From positions 1 through 64,000 of the forward strand of contig JASTWF010000499.1 in assembly GCA_030390025.1 (NCBI GenBank): a DNA stretch of 64,000 nt, in the 5' to 3' direction. This DNA is from Squalus acanthias. Its lineage: Eukaryota. The notes under the pieces are model-generated. The model did not search any database. It was not told where the DNA came from and saw only the letters and a list, made by a program, of their open reading frames with translations. The position numbers and the translations under genes were made by a program. This document shows, piece by piece, positions 49,096 to 61,567 of this stretch. The stretch's first letter is position 1. The number at the start of each line of letters is the position of its first letter.

Positions 49096-49289
49096 TCCTC
49101 ATGGCTCAGGATTCCTCATGGCTCAGGATTCCATAACCTCGCCAAAGAAGGTTTCCCTCTGCTCTGATGTCAGAGAGTGCATGAGGTGTCCTTGGTCTCA
49201 GGTTTATCCTGAGTTGGCTGATCATATTCGGAGCGGCAGTAGGTGTCTGGAACCCTTTACTGGTAACTGTCTCGGGACCCACTGCTAGA

Positions 49290-49848
49290 AAGGACATCTG
49301 CCGTATTTAGAGAACTGCGTTCAATTCTGGGCACCGCACATCCGGATGGATATACTGGCTTTAGAGGGTTCAACGCAAATTCACCCGAATTATACCGGGG
49401 CTGAAAGGGTTAATTTATGAGGAGAGGCTGCAAAGAATTGGTTTATATTCCTTTGAGTATAGAAGACTAAGAGGAGATCTAACTGAGGTGTTTAAGTTGA
49501 TAAATGGAATTGATAGGGGAGATAGAGAGAAACTATTTCCTCTGGTGCGGGAGTCCAGAACAAGGGGCATAACCTTAAAATTAGAACCGAGCCGTTCAGC
49601 GGTGATGTCAGGAAGCACTTCTTCACACAAAGGACAGTGGAAATCTGGAACTCTCTCCCCCAAAAGCTGTTGAGGCTGGGGGTCAATTGAAAATTTCAAA
49701 ACTGAGATTGATAGATTTTTGTAAGGCAAAGGTATCAAGGGTTACAGAAACAAGGCGGGTAGATGGTGTTGAGGTGTAGATCAGCCATGATCTCATTGAA
49801 TGGCGGAACAGGCTGGATGGGCCGAATGGCCTCCTCCTGTTCCTATGT
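49290..49848 (+). mobile_element. CR1 3' fragment
   Basis: LENCVQFWAP; YEERL; RRLRGDL; terminal GGCCGAATGGCCT hairpin. Confidence 0.85.
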
Positions 49849-50552
49849 TGTTATTACTGCCCTGCGGTCATATTTCCTTCTGACTCTCTCTCACCAGACA
49901 TGTTTAGTGCTCACCAATGACAGAAATGAACAAACTACTTCACATCGGCATTACACATTATTCACCACCACAAAAGACCCCTTGGAACTCCATTCTCCCG
50001 ACCTTTCACTTCTCCTCTGACGGGGGCTGCAACTGATTCCTGCACCTTTTCATCGCCCCCAAAATCGCAACAAGTCACCAGAAAATTAACTTTGTTTCCT
50101 GTTGCACCTAAAATCCTGGATATCATTTGACACTCGTTTTGAAGGAGTGTAATTTTCGTGTAGAGCTTTTGACCCTGGGGGCGGAGCCAATATAATGAGC
50201 GCGAATGCGTTCGGGCACAAGGATCGATAGACGGGCGTAAAGGAGCAAGGGATTTCAGGAAGAGCGCAATTCAGTAAGTAACACAATTGCGCCCGGATTT
50301 ATTCATTTTTTACGCCGGGTATTTGCTTCACAGCCCATTACAGGAGGCTCTGGGAGCAAATACACCGGAAATGTTAAAGAGTCTCCAGGAATCGTTGTCA
50401 ATTCGCTGTCCTTCTAATAACGATGGTGTTTAAGCAACAACGAGAGGTTGATATCTCAAAGGTGATTTATTCTCCCTGAGAGAGTGAAGGCTGAATACTG
50501 GCGTCCTGATTCTGAAGATGAAGCTTTGCTTGATTTTTATTTCTGTTCACAG

Positions 50553-50861
50553 ATGGTTCCTCATGCAACGATCCAGAAATCACTCTTCCGCAACCGTCAG
50601 TAGAACAGGTCTTACTGGAGGCGACGGTGACCTTAACCTGCGTCGTGTCTAATGCTCCTTATGGAGTCAACGTGTCCTGGACCCGAGAAAAGGAGACTTT
50701 GAAATCAGAGATTGCCGTCCAACCCGGAGAGGCTCCCAACAGTGTGATCAGCAACTTAAACATCTCGACACAAGCCTGGCTGAGTGGGGATAAGTTCTAC
50801 TGCGTGGTGAGCCATCAGGATATGACAACTCCTATAAGAGAATCCATCCACAAGGAAAAAG
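50553..50861 (+). CDS. IGHM: IgM Cmu3 exon
   Basis: TTCACAG| acceptor, G|GTGAG donor; [31 protein letters not shown]. Confidence 0.95.
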
Positions 50862-51009
50862 GTGAGCGGTGAGATTGTAGCAATAAGTGAGACTCTGTGA
50901 CTATTTCCGGTGCTTTTGCACGGCCCAATTCGTTCTATTAAGTGTTTTAATGGACTGCTCTGATAATTCAATGGGTAATTCCACTAACTAAACACTCTGG
51001 GACCAGAGA

Positions 51010-51180
51010 TGATGCATTTAAAGGGAAGCTGGATAAGTCAATGAGGGGAAAAGGAATAGAAGGATATGTTATTCGGGTTAGATGAAGTAAGGTGGGAGGA
51101 GTCTCGAGTGGAGCATAAACAGGAGCATTGACCAGTTGGGCCGAATGGTCTGTTTCTGTGATGTAAATTCTATATAATTT
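51010..51180 (+). mobile_element. Short CR1 3' end
   Basis: DAFKGKLDK; similar to 47850-48005. Confidence 0.7.
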
Positions 51181-51379
51181 TCCAGTCCAACTCTTCAAGC
51201 TCCCAGAGAGAAGAATTGTATCCCCCAGTGCTCCGGGCTGGAAAACCGGACAGGACACAGAGGGGAAAAGGGAATCCTTTAAAATTCAGCGCAAAGCACA
51301 TTTCTCTCACATCTAACCGCCGGTTTAACTGTCCCTGTAATTCTCCAGTTTATTGACCTTTATTGTGATTGTTCTGCAG

Positions 51380-51771
51380 CTAAAGATCCGCGGGAACCGT
51401 CCGTGTCTGTCCTCCTGCCCCCGGCAGAAGAAGTCTCCGCTCAGAGGTTCGTCAGCCTCACCTGCTTAGTGAGAGGTTTCTCCCCGCGAGAGATCTTCGT
51501 CAAGTGGACCCTCAATGATAAGCCGGTGAATTCCTGCAACTACAAGAACACCGAGGTGATGGCGGAGAACGGCAGCAGTTCCTTCTTCATGTACAGCCTG
51601 TTATCCATTGCAGCGGAGGAGTGGGCCAGCGGCGCTTCTTACTCCTGTGTGGTGGGACATGAAGCGATCCCCTTGAAGATCATCAACAGAACGGTTAATA
51701 AATCCAGCGGTAAACCCAGTTTTGTCAACATTTCCCTTGTTCTGATGGACACCGTCAATTCTTGTCAATGA
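51380..51771 (+). CDS. IGHM: IgM Cmu4 exon with secretory tailpiece (internal donor after 51709 for the membrane form)
   Basis: CTGCAG| acceptor; [20 protein letters not shown]; tail [20 protein letters not shown] with N-glycan sequon and penultimate Cys. Confidence 0.96.
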
Positions 51772-51799
51772 GAATCTCTCGATTGCATTTCAGTTGTTA

Positions 51800-51815
51800 A
51801 ATAAAAATCAATAAA
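51800..51815 (+). terminator. Secretory poly(A) signals (2x AATAAA)
   Basis: AATAAA at 51800 and 51810, just after the stop codon. Confidence 0.75.
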
Positions 51816-52204
51816 GGTATTTTCTTCCAATCGTCAGTTACACACACAGCCGCTCAATTAATTTTGTTTCCCATTTTTGCCAAGGGGAGGGCTGTTTATC
51901 TGAAGCAGGATATTTGCCGGTCTCGGGCCCAAGCCTTGTACAGCCAGCGCTCCCAGCTCAGATACACCACGGGTTAGAGACAGACTGAAACTCTTTCATG
52001 ACAGGATTCCTCAAAGTCACTTCAGCGACTTTCCTCCCGCTGGGGGGAATCTGAAAAATTCCAAATTCTGACAAACAAACGCAGCACATTTCGATCTCGG
52101 TGTCCCTGTTTCTCGTGTTGTCCATCCCGTCAGAATTGGGGCAGTTTTATTTTGCAGCATCGCACCCTCTGGGATCTGAAATAAGGACACACACGAACAC
52201 GAAC

Positions 52205-54232
52205 TGTACCCTCACTCCCCCACCAGAGAGAGGGGAAAGGGTAATTGTTAACCCACGATACCCCCACTCCCCCACCAGAGAGAGGGGAAAGGGCAATTGT
52301 TAACCCACTGTACCTCCCACCCCCCCCCCCAGAGAGAGGGGAAAGGGCAATTGTTAACCCACTGTACCTCCCACACCCCCCCAGAGAGAGGGGAAAGGGC
52401 AATTGTTAACAGACTGTACCTCCACTCCCCCACCAGAGAGAGGGGAAAGGGCAATTGTTAACCCACTGTACCTCCCACTCCCCCACCAGAGAGAGGGGAA
52501 AGGGCAATTGATAACCCACTGTACCTCCCACTCCCCCACCAGAGAGAGGGGAAAGGGCAATTGTTAACCCACTGTACCTCCCACTCCCCACCAGAGAGAG
52601 GGAAAAGGGCAATTGTTAACCCACTGTATCTCCCACTCCCCCACCAGAGAGAGGGGAAAGGGCAATTGTTCACCCATTGTACCCCCTACTCACCCACCAG
52701 AGAGAGGGAAAAGGGCAATTGTTAACCCACTGTACCTCTCCACTCCCTCACCAGAGAGAGGGGAAAGGGCAATTGTTAACCCACTGTACCTCCCACTCCC
52801 CATCAGAGAGAGGGAAAAGGGCAATTGTTAACCCACTGTACTCCCACTCCCCCACCAGAGAGAGGGGAAAGGGCAATTGTTAACTCACTGTACACCCACT
52901 CCCCCACCAGAGAGGGGGGAAAGTGCAATTGTTAACCCACTGTACCTCCCACTACCCCATCAGAGAGAGGGGAAATGGCAATTGTTAACCCACTGTACCC
53001 CCACTCCCCCACCAGAGAGAGGGGAAAGGGCAATTGTTAACCCACTGTACCTCCACTCCACCACCAGAGAGAGGGGAAAGGGAAATTGTTAACCCACTGT
53101 ACTCCCACTCCCCCACCAGAGAGAGGAGAAAGGGCAATTGTTAACCCACTGTACCCCCCACTCCCCCACCAGAGAGAGGAGAAAGGGCAATTGTTAACCC
53201 ACTGTACCTCCCACTCCCCCACCAGAGAGAGTGGAAAGGGCAATTGTTAGCCCACTGTACCTCCACTCCACCACCAGAGAGAGGGGAAAGGGCAATTGAT
53301 AACCCACTGTACCCCCACTCCCCCACCAGAGAGAGGGGAAAGGGCAATTGATAACCCACTGTACCCCCACTCCCCACCAGAGAGAGGGGAAAGCGCAATT
53401 GTCTAACCCACTGTACTCCCACTCCCCCACCAGAGAGAGGGGAAAGGGCAATTGATAACCCACTGTACCCCCCACTCCCCCACCAGAGAGAGGGGAAAGG
53501 GCAATTGTTAACACACTGTTCCTCCCACTCCCCCACCAGAGAGAGGAAAGGGCAATTGTTAACCACTGTACCCCCCACTCCCCCACCAGAAAGAGGGGAA
53601 AGGGCAATTGTTAACCCACTGTACCTCCCACTCCCCCACCAGAGAGAGGGGAAAGGGCAATTGTTAACCCACTGTACCTCCACTCCACCACCAGAGAGAG
53701 GGGAAAGGGCAATTGTTAACCCACTGTACTCCCACTCCCCCACCAGAGAGAGGGAAAGGGCAATTGTTAATCCACTGTACCCCCACTCCCCCACCAGAGA
53801 GAGGGGAAAGGGCAATTGTTAACCCACTGTACCCCCACTACCCAACTAGAGAGAGGGGAAAGGGCAATTGTTAACCCACTGTATCTCCCACTCCCCAACC
53901 AGAGAGAGGGGAAAGGGCAATTGTTAACCCACTGTACCCCCACTCCCCCACCAGAGAGAGGGGAAAGGGCAATTGTTATTCCACTGGAACCCCCACTCCC
54001 CCACCAGAGAGAGGGGAAAGGGCAATTGTTAACCCACTGTATCTCTCACTCTCCCAGCAGAGAGAGGGGAAAGGGCAATTGTTAACCCACTGTAGTTCCC
54101 AATCCCCTACCAGAGAGAGGTGTAAGGTCAATTGTTAACCCACTGTACCTCCCACTCCCCCAGCAGACAGAGCGGAAATGGCAATTGTTAACCCACTGTA
54201 CCTACCACTGCCCCACCATAGAGAGGGGAAAG
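52205..54232 (+). repeat. 52-53-bp minisatellite (CCCACTCCCCCACCAGAGAGAGGGGAAAGGGCAATTGTTAACCCACTGTACCT) in the Cmu4-TM1 intron
   Basis: Unit read directly; remnant resumes at about 54916 after a CR1 fragment. Confidence 0.96.
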
Positions 54233-54915
54233 ATCATTTTCAGGTTGGAAAGCTGTAACTAGTGGGGTGCCACAGGGATCAATGCTGGCGCCTCAATTAT
54301 TTACAAACTATATTAATGACTTGGATGAAGGGACCGAGTGTACTGTTGCCAAATTTGCTGACGATACAAAGATAGGCGGGAAAGCAAGTTGTGAGGAGTA
54401 CTCAAAGATTCTGCAAAGGTATAAAGACAGATTAAGTGAGAGTGCAAAAATTTGGCAGATGGAGTATAATGTGGGAAAATGTGAGGTTATCCACTTTGGA
54501 AGGAAGAATAAAAAAGTAAAATATTATTTAAATGGAGAGAGACTACAGAATGCTGCGGTACAGAGGGACCTGGGGGTTCTCGTACATGAAACTCAATAAG
54601 TTAGCATGCAGGTACAGCAAGTAATTAGAAAGGCAAATTGAATATTGGCCTTTATTGCAAGGGGGATGGAGTATAAAAGTAGTGAATTCTTGCTACATGT
54701 GTACAGGGCGTTCGTGAGATCACACCTGGAGTACTGCGTACAGTTTTGGTCTCCTTATTTAAGGAAGGATATATTTGCATTGGAGGCAGTTCAGTGAAGG
54801 TTCCCTAGGATAATTCCTGAGTTGAAGGGGTTGTCTTATGAGGAAACGTTGAGCAGGTTGGGCCTATACTCATTGGAGTTTCGACGAATGAGAGATTATC
54901 GCATTGAAACATAAC
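54233..54915 (+). mobile_element. CR1 RT fragment
   Basis: VPQGSML, YINDLD, KFADDTK; in-frame stops. Confidence 0.9.
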
Positions 54916-55299
54916 ATAACCCACTGTACGTCCCACACCCAACCAGAGAGGGGAGGTGAACCAATCTCTATTTATGAACTCAGTTGCCATCAGTAAAAAG
55001 TCAGCTTCTAACTCACTGTCCGACTTGCCACATGGGAAGCATATTGTAAAATAAATATTTATTCATCATATTATCTTTAACTAGTGTTTGGGGCAAATCT
55101 GTCCCTGTTATTCGTAAACTAACATTTGAATTTTAATAGTCCAAATCTAAACTGGTGATTGAATCCTCTGCGGGTTTCCCACGGTTGTGTACCTGATGGT
55201 TCTGAGTCCCATCGGTTGAAATGTTACATTCCATCGGCTGACGTCACATTGCGTCTCACAGAGAATACATTTACACAGAGCGGGGAAGAATGCGTGTAA

Positions 55300-55860
55300 A
55301 AGTGAGTGTGTCTGTGTTTATGTGAAAGTATGTTTGCGATTTTGTGTGAGTGTGTGTGTTTATGTGTAAGTGCACACTTATACATAAACACACATATAAT
55401 TAACACACAAACACACACATTAACACACTGACACAGAATATTACACATAACAAAATATAAAAAACACTGTCATTGTCAGACCAAGTTATTGCTATTCTCT
55501 GAAACTTTGAACATTAGCGAAAATACACACACACCCTTATACAAAACACTCAAAAACACACGCATAATTAAACACATCAACACAAACACACACACAATTA
55601 CACACACAAACACACACATTTACATGCAAACACAGTTACAAATAAACACACAAAAACTTATACATAAACATACACACACACACTTACACATAAATACACA
55701 TACATAGAATTACACATAAATACACACACTTACACAAAAAACAGGCACGCACACACTTACACGTAAATACACATGCACAGAATTACACATCAAAACACAC
55801 ACACAGACTAAACCAAAACAAGAGATCGTCAGACACACAAACACAAACACTAAAGCGCAC
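55300..55860. repeat. Low-complexity (TG)/(CA)-rich tract
   Basis: Degenerate dinucleotide repeats. Confidence 0.8.
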
Positions 55861-56467
55861 AAATAAAAGTCAGGCTATAGACGAATGTAGAATTAAAATG
55901 CTATTTTTTCCGGGCAAAGTCTCCAACGATTGTTCTGAATAAATAATTCCAAATACCATAACATCTCACATTTCTCTATTCTGGTCCTACTCATACACTG
56001 AATCAATGCTCTTGTTGGAAACTGATACAAGTTAATTATGTTCAGAGTATTGCCATAACAAATAAATAAACAAGATTATAACTCACATCTGATCTTTTGC
56101 CCAGCCCCCTTGACAGTCTACAAATAAGTAGCTATCTAAACCTATCGTTAAAATAATCGACATTAATCAGTAAACCTCCCTCGATATTTAATTATATTAT
56201 TCCCGAATGATAGATTGTATGAAATTGATGCAAATCAATTAGCGTGTGACATTGAAGGAAAAAATGATCATAAAGGAAGAGCGGCTGTGGAGTTAGGAAC
56301 AGAGATAGATTGCTGAGAGAGATTAACTTAACACAAGACAAACATTGAAAATTCAATTAGAGAATAGGTAATAACTTAAAGGAAAAGAAAAGAGATTATT
56401 TAAAAATAATTTGATATCTTTATTTAATAAAGGATCTGAATGTATTTCCTCCTCTACATCCCCGTAG

Positions 56468-56595
56468 ATTCCTCAGACCACATATTGATTGAAGACTTTG
56501 AGGAAGAGAGCGGCACCATCTGGACAACCGGTTCCACATTCATCATCCTGTTCTTCCTGAGCATGTCCTACAGCGCTGCCGTCACTCTAGTGAAG
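56468..56595 (+). CDS. IGHM: IgM transmembrane exon TM1
   Basis: CCGTAG| acceptor, AAG|GTGAG donor; WTTGSTFIILFFLSMSYSAAVTLVK (CART-type). Confidence 0.95.
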
Positions 56596-56735
56596 GTGAG
56601 AAGATTCAATCCACTCACACTTCGATCTGACTGAAGCGGTTTGACAAATCTCTAAAAGTTTCATTGATAAAAACCCTGAGATAAATGCCCCAAACCACTA
56701 AATCTCTGCTTCATTCTTTTATCCCTCTTTTACAG

Positions 56736-56744
56736 GTCAAGTGA
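56736..56744 (+). CDS. IGHM: IgM TM2 exon (VK*)
   Basis: Polypyrimidine tract TTTTACAG|GTC AAG TGA gives the KVK cytoplasmic tail; AATAAA at 56806 and 57192. Confidence 0.92.
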   Translation, partial: VK

Positions 56745-57849
56745 ACGGTTGAATTTCAGACGCCGTGGATTTTCCTCCTCTGTTTATGAACATCTGTGTC
56801 CTGAAAATAAAATATATCCTCTTAGTGATTCTCAGAGTCAAATGTCTTCAGTTAATAGATCCGAATCTGTAGCTGAGAAAATCATAACCGGGATTTCCGT
56901 CTCTCTGTTTGAAATGTGTGAGATCATCGTGGCTATAATGTAAATGTATCTCAGAGCTTCACTGTTGTTTGAATATTTCTTGTGTAAATATGTACCATTT
57001 CTCATTCCTAATGCACAATGTTTCCCTTGCCTTTATGTTGAGCCCCTGTTTTCTCTCTCTGCTGTCTGTTACAGTTGTACAGGCAGCTCAGACCGTCTGT
57101 GTTCAGGTCTCAATGTGACGCTCATTTGTTAGATTCACTTTGTGTTAACTTTTTAAAAACCTCTCTGTAAATTGTACTCTGTGAAATTGTTAATAAATCT
57201 GGAATGACAAATGGACTGACTTGGACTTTGCTAAATTCCTTTCTCCTATGCTCTTCCATACAGCTCCATTTTCCCGATCACACTTTCTTTACTTCCTTGA
57301 CAGGTATTTTTCACCCGTCCTGTCTGGGTTGTGTGTGAACCCAAGTCCATTCGGTTAAGTAGCCACTGCGCCACCCAGTGTTCCATCAGAATAAAGACAC
57401 CTTTATCTCTGCATTTTTATGTCAAGCGGAATGACTTCACAGCGACCAGGCGCACCTCGCAGTCTCCTCCAATATTATGGTCTGTAACAGTCACATACCA
57501 GGTTCTATTAAAGAGCAGGGCTCTGCTCCATTACAACCTGACAGAATACATTACATGGCAGAGTAAATCTCCCTCTACACTGTTCCATCAAACACTTCCA
57601 GGGCAGGTACACACTTGTTAAATATCTGACACAGTCACACTGGAGAGGACAAACCCTGGAAATGATTCTCAGAGTCTGAGGCCTATCCGACACACAGGCT
57701 CTCTCTCCAGCTTTTCTTTTATACACACACATAACCTATCTTCACTTTTTCTGTTCTACACACAAACTGACTCTATCCACCTCTCTCTCCGGCTTTTCTG
57801 TTATAAACACAGACGCTCCAACTTTTCTGTTAAACACACAGTCTCTCTC

Positions 57850-60800
57850 ACATGTGCAGGAAGTGTCTCCAGCTGCAGCTACTCGAAATCCGCGTTTCGG
57901 AGCTGGAGCTGCGGCTGGAGTCACTGTGGAGCATCTGCGAAGCTGAGATCTTCGTGGATAGCACGTTTAACGAGGTGGTCACACCGCAGGTAAAGAGTGC
58001 ACAGGCAGACAGGAAACGGGTGACCGCCAGATAGAGCAAAAGAACTAGGAAGGTAGTGCAGGAGTCCCCTGGGCCCATCTCCCTCTCCAACAGATTTTCC
58101 GTTTTGGATACTGATGGGGGAGATGGTTTCTCAGGGGAATGCAGCAAGAGCCAAGTCCGTGGCACTACGAGTGGCTCAGCTGCACAGGAGGGGAGGAAAA
58201 AGAGTGGGAGAGCAATAGTGATAGGGGATGCTATCGTAAGGGGAACAGATAGACGTTTCTGTGGCCGCAGACGTGACTCCAGGATGGCATGTTGCCTCCC
58301 TGGTGCCAGGGTCAAGGATGTCACTGAACGGCTGCAGGGCATTCTGAAGGGGGAGGGCGAACAGTCAGAGGTCGAGGTTCACATTGGTACCAACGATATG
58401 GGTAGAAAGAGGGATGAGGTCCTGCAACAAGAATTTATGGAACTAGGTAGCAGATTATAAAGCAGGACCTCAAAGGTTGTATTCTCTGGATTACTCCCGG
58501 TGCCACGTGCTAGTGAGTATAGGAATAGGAGGATAGAGCAGATGAATACGTGGCTAAAGAGTTGGTACAGGAGGGAGGGCTTTAGTTTCCTGGATCACTG
58601 GGTTTGCTTCTGGGGAAGGTGGGACCTGTACAAGTCGGACGGGTTGCCCCTGAACCGGAACGGGACCAACATCCTTGCGGGGAGGTTTGCTTGTACTGTT
58701 GGGGGGTGTTAAAACTAACTTGGCAGGGGGATGGGATACGGAGTGGAGCTATAGTAGGGGGTGATGCACAGCCAAATATAGAGGAAAAAACAAGTCAGCC
58801 TGGAAGGCAGAGCAAATATGTAACGGCACAAGGGTGTATGGCAAGGCTGGATGGCATTTATTTTAATGCAAGGAGTCTTGCGAGTAAGGCAGATGAATTG
58901 AAGGTGTTGATGAACACATGGGAGTATGATATTGTTGCTATCACAGAGACATGGTTGAGGGATAGGCAGGACTGGCAGCTCAATATTCCGGGGTATAGAA
59001 TCTTCAGGCGAGACAGAGGGGGGTGTAAAAGAGGAGGGGTTGTCGCAATATTAATCAAGGAGTCAATTACTGCTGTAAGGAGGGATGATATCTTAGCAGG
59101 TTCCTCTAATGAGGCCATATGGGTAGAACTTTAAAAAAAAGGGGGGCAAGCACTTTGCTGGGAGTGTAATATAGGCCCTCAAACAGTCAGGGGGAGATAG
59201 AGGAACAGATATGTAGGCAAATCTCAGAGAAGTGTAGAAATAATAGGGTAATAATAGTAGGGGATTTCAACTTCCCCAATATTAACTGGGATAGTCAGAG
59301 TGTGAAAGGCTTAGAAGGTGCGGAATTCTTAAAGTGCATCCAGGAGAGCTTTTTGAGCCAGTATGTAGAACGTCCTACAAGAGAGGGGGCGGTACTGGAC
59401 ATAATTCTAGGGAATGTAGCCGGGAAAGTGGTAGAAGTGTCAGTAGGATAGCATTTTGGTGACAGTGACCATAATTCGGTGAGATTTAAGGTAGTCATGG
59501 AAAAGGACAAAGATGGATCAGAAATAAAGGTTCTAAATTGGGGGAAGGCCGATTTTAATATGATAAGGCAGGATCTGGACAAAGTGGACTGGGATCAGCT
59601 ACTTGTCAGAAAATCCACATCAGAGCAGTGGGAGTCTTTCAGAAAGGAAATAGAGAGAGTACAACGCCAAGGGGAGATCATGTCTGACCAATTTGATTGC
59701 ATTTTTCGAGGGGGTGACTAGTGTGTGGATGAGGGTAGTGCAGTTGATGTAGTTTACATGGACTTCAGTAAGGCTTTTGACAATGTCCCGCATGGGAGAC
59801 TGGTCAAGAAGATAAGCGCCCATGGGATTCAGGGCAATTTGGCACATTGGATCCAAAATTGGCTTAGTAGTAGGAGGCAGAGGGTGATTGTCGAAGGTTG
59901 TTTTTGTGACTGGAAGCCTGTGTGCTGTGGAGTACCGCAGGGATCGGTGCTGGGTCCTTTGCTGTTTGTAGTGTACATTAATGATTTAGATATGAAAGTA
60001 GGAGGTTTGATCAGTAAGTTCGCAGATGACACGAAAATTGGTGGAGTGGTAAATAGCGAGGAGGGAAGCCTCAGGCTGCAGGACGATATAGACGGGTTGG
60101 TCAGATGGGCAGAACAGTGGCAAATGGAATTTCACCCTGAAAACTGTGAGGTGATGTATTTTGGGAGGACTAACAAGGCAAGGGAATACACAATGAATGG
60201 TAGGACCCTAGGAAGGACAGAGGTTCAGCGGGACCTTGGTGTGCATGTACATAGATCCCTGAAGGCAGCAGGACAGGTAGATAAGGTGGTTAAAAAGGCC
60301 AATGGGATACTTGCCTTTATTAGCCGAGGCATAGAATATAAGAGCATGGAGGTTATGATGGAGCTGTACAAAACGCTAGTTAGGCCACAGCTGGAATACT
60401 GTGTGCAGTTCTGGTCGCCACACTATAGGAAGGATCTGATTGCATTGGAGAGGGTGCAGAGGAGATTCACCAGGATGTTACCTGGGCTGGAGCGCTTCAG
60501 CTATGAAGAGAGACTGGACAGGCTGGGGTTGTTCTCCTTAGAGCAGAGAAGGCTGAGGCGGGACCTGATTGAGGTGTACAAAATTATGAGGGGCATAGAT
60601 AGGGTAGTTGGAAAGGAACTTTTCCCCTCAGTAGAGGGGTCAATAACCAGGGGGCATAGTTTTAAGGTAAGGGGCAGGAGGTTTAGAGGGGATTTGAGGA
60701 AAACTTTTTCACCCAGAGGGTGGTTGGAATCTGGAACTCACTGCCTGAAAGGGTGGTAGAGGCAGGAACCCTCACAACATTCAAGAAGCATTTAGATGAG

Positions 60801-60942
60801 CACTTTAAACGCCATAGCATACAAGGCTACGGGCCAAGTGCTGGAAAATGGGATTAGAATAGACAGGGCTTGATGGTGGCGCAGACACGATGGGCCGAAA
60901 GGCCTCTGTCTGTGCTGTATAACTCTATGACTCTATGACTCT
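57850..60942 (+). mobile_element. CR1 LINE, decayed: ORF1 (Cys/coiled coil + SGNH-esterase-like) and ORF2 (APE + RT) with a large internal deletion near 59665
   Basis: CRKC..LE; IVIGDAIVRG; HIGTND; YFNARSL, AITETWL; [21 protein letters not shown]; tail (ACTCTATG)n. Confidence 0.93.
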
Positions 60943-61369
60943 CCCCACCTATTCTGTTATATACGCACACAGACACCCAAGACAGAGAGCAAAGAAGGAG
61001 AGGCTGTATTTGAGGGAGACGAGATAAGGGATCACGCGGTGTACACAGGTATATTTGAAGCCTTCTGCACCCGGTGGGCACCGCTGGATACAGGTTGCGT
61101 GATAGACGATCAAAATCAAATTCTGATGGAATATCATTCTAGTTTTGTTCAAGCGAAGTGGGCGAGTGGAGCCCTCCTCTCGGGGAGGGCGCTATAGAAT
61201 GTATTTTTGTTTTGAATTCGCCGCTTTAATGGAGTCCCGAGTCCAAATGGTTCACACAGGCCAATAAAAGAGTAGGCCCAGCACTGGGGTACCCACTTCC
61301 AACCCGTCTCCAATCTGAGCCACACCCATTTACTCTGACCCTCTGTCTCCTGTTACCCTGACGGCCTTT

Positions 61370-61562
61370 CTCCTTGCTCACCTCCATTCCCTCTTACAGC
61401 ATCTCCCTGAATTCACTGAACATCACCCCAGGGATCCTTTCACCCCGCTCTCCTCCATTCCCTCTTACACCATCTCCCTGAAGTCACTGAACATCACCCC
61501 AGGGATCCTTTCTCCCTGCTCTCCTCCATCTCACTGAACTCACTGAACATCACCCCAGGGAT
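61370..61562 (+). repeat. ~71-bp tandem repeat, about 3 copies
   Basis: TCACTGAACATCACCCCAGGGAT recurs three times. Confidence 0.8.
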
Positions 61563-61567
61563 TCTTT

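Noticed and set aside
52100-54085. Many overlapping 68-224 aa ORFs
   Set aside because: Artefacts of the 52-53-bp minisatellite
46437-56744. IgW, IgNAR or IgM1gj identity
   Set aside because: Four C exons including Cmu2, a mu-type tailpiece and KVK tail, and a conventional VH indicate regular IgM
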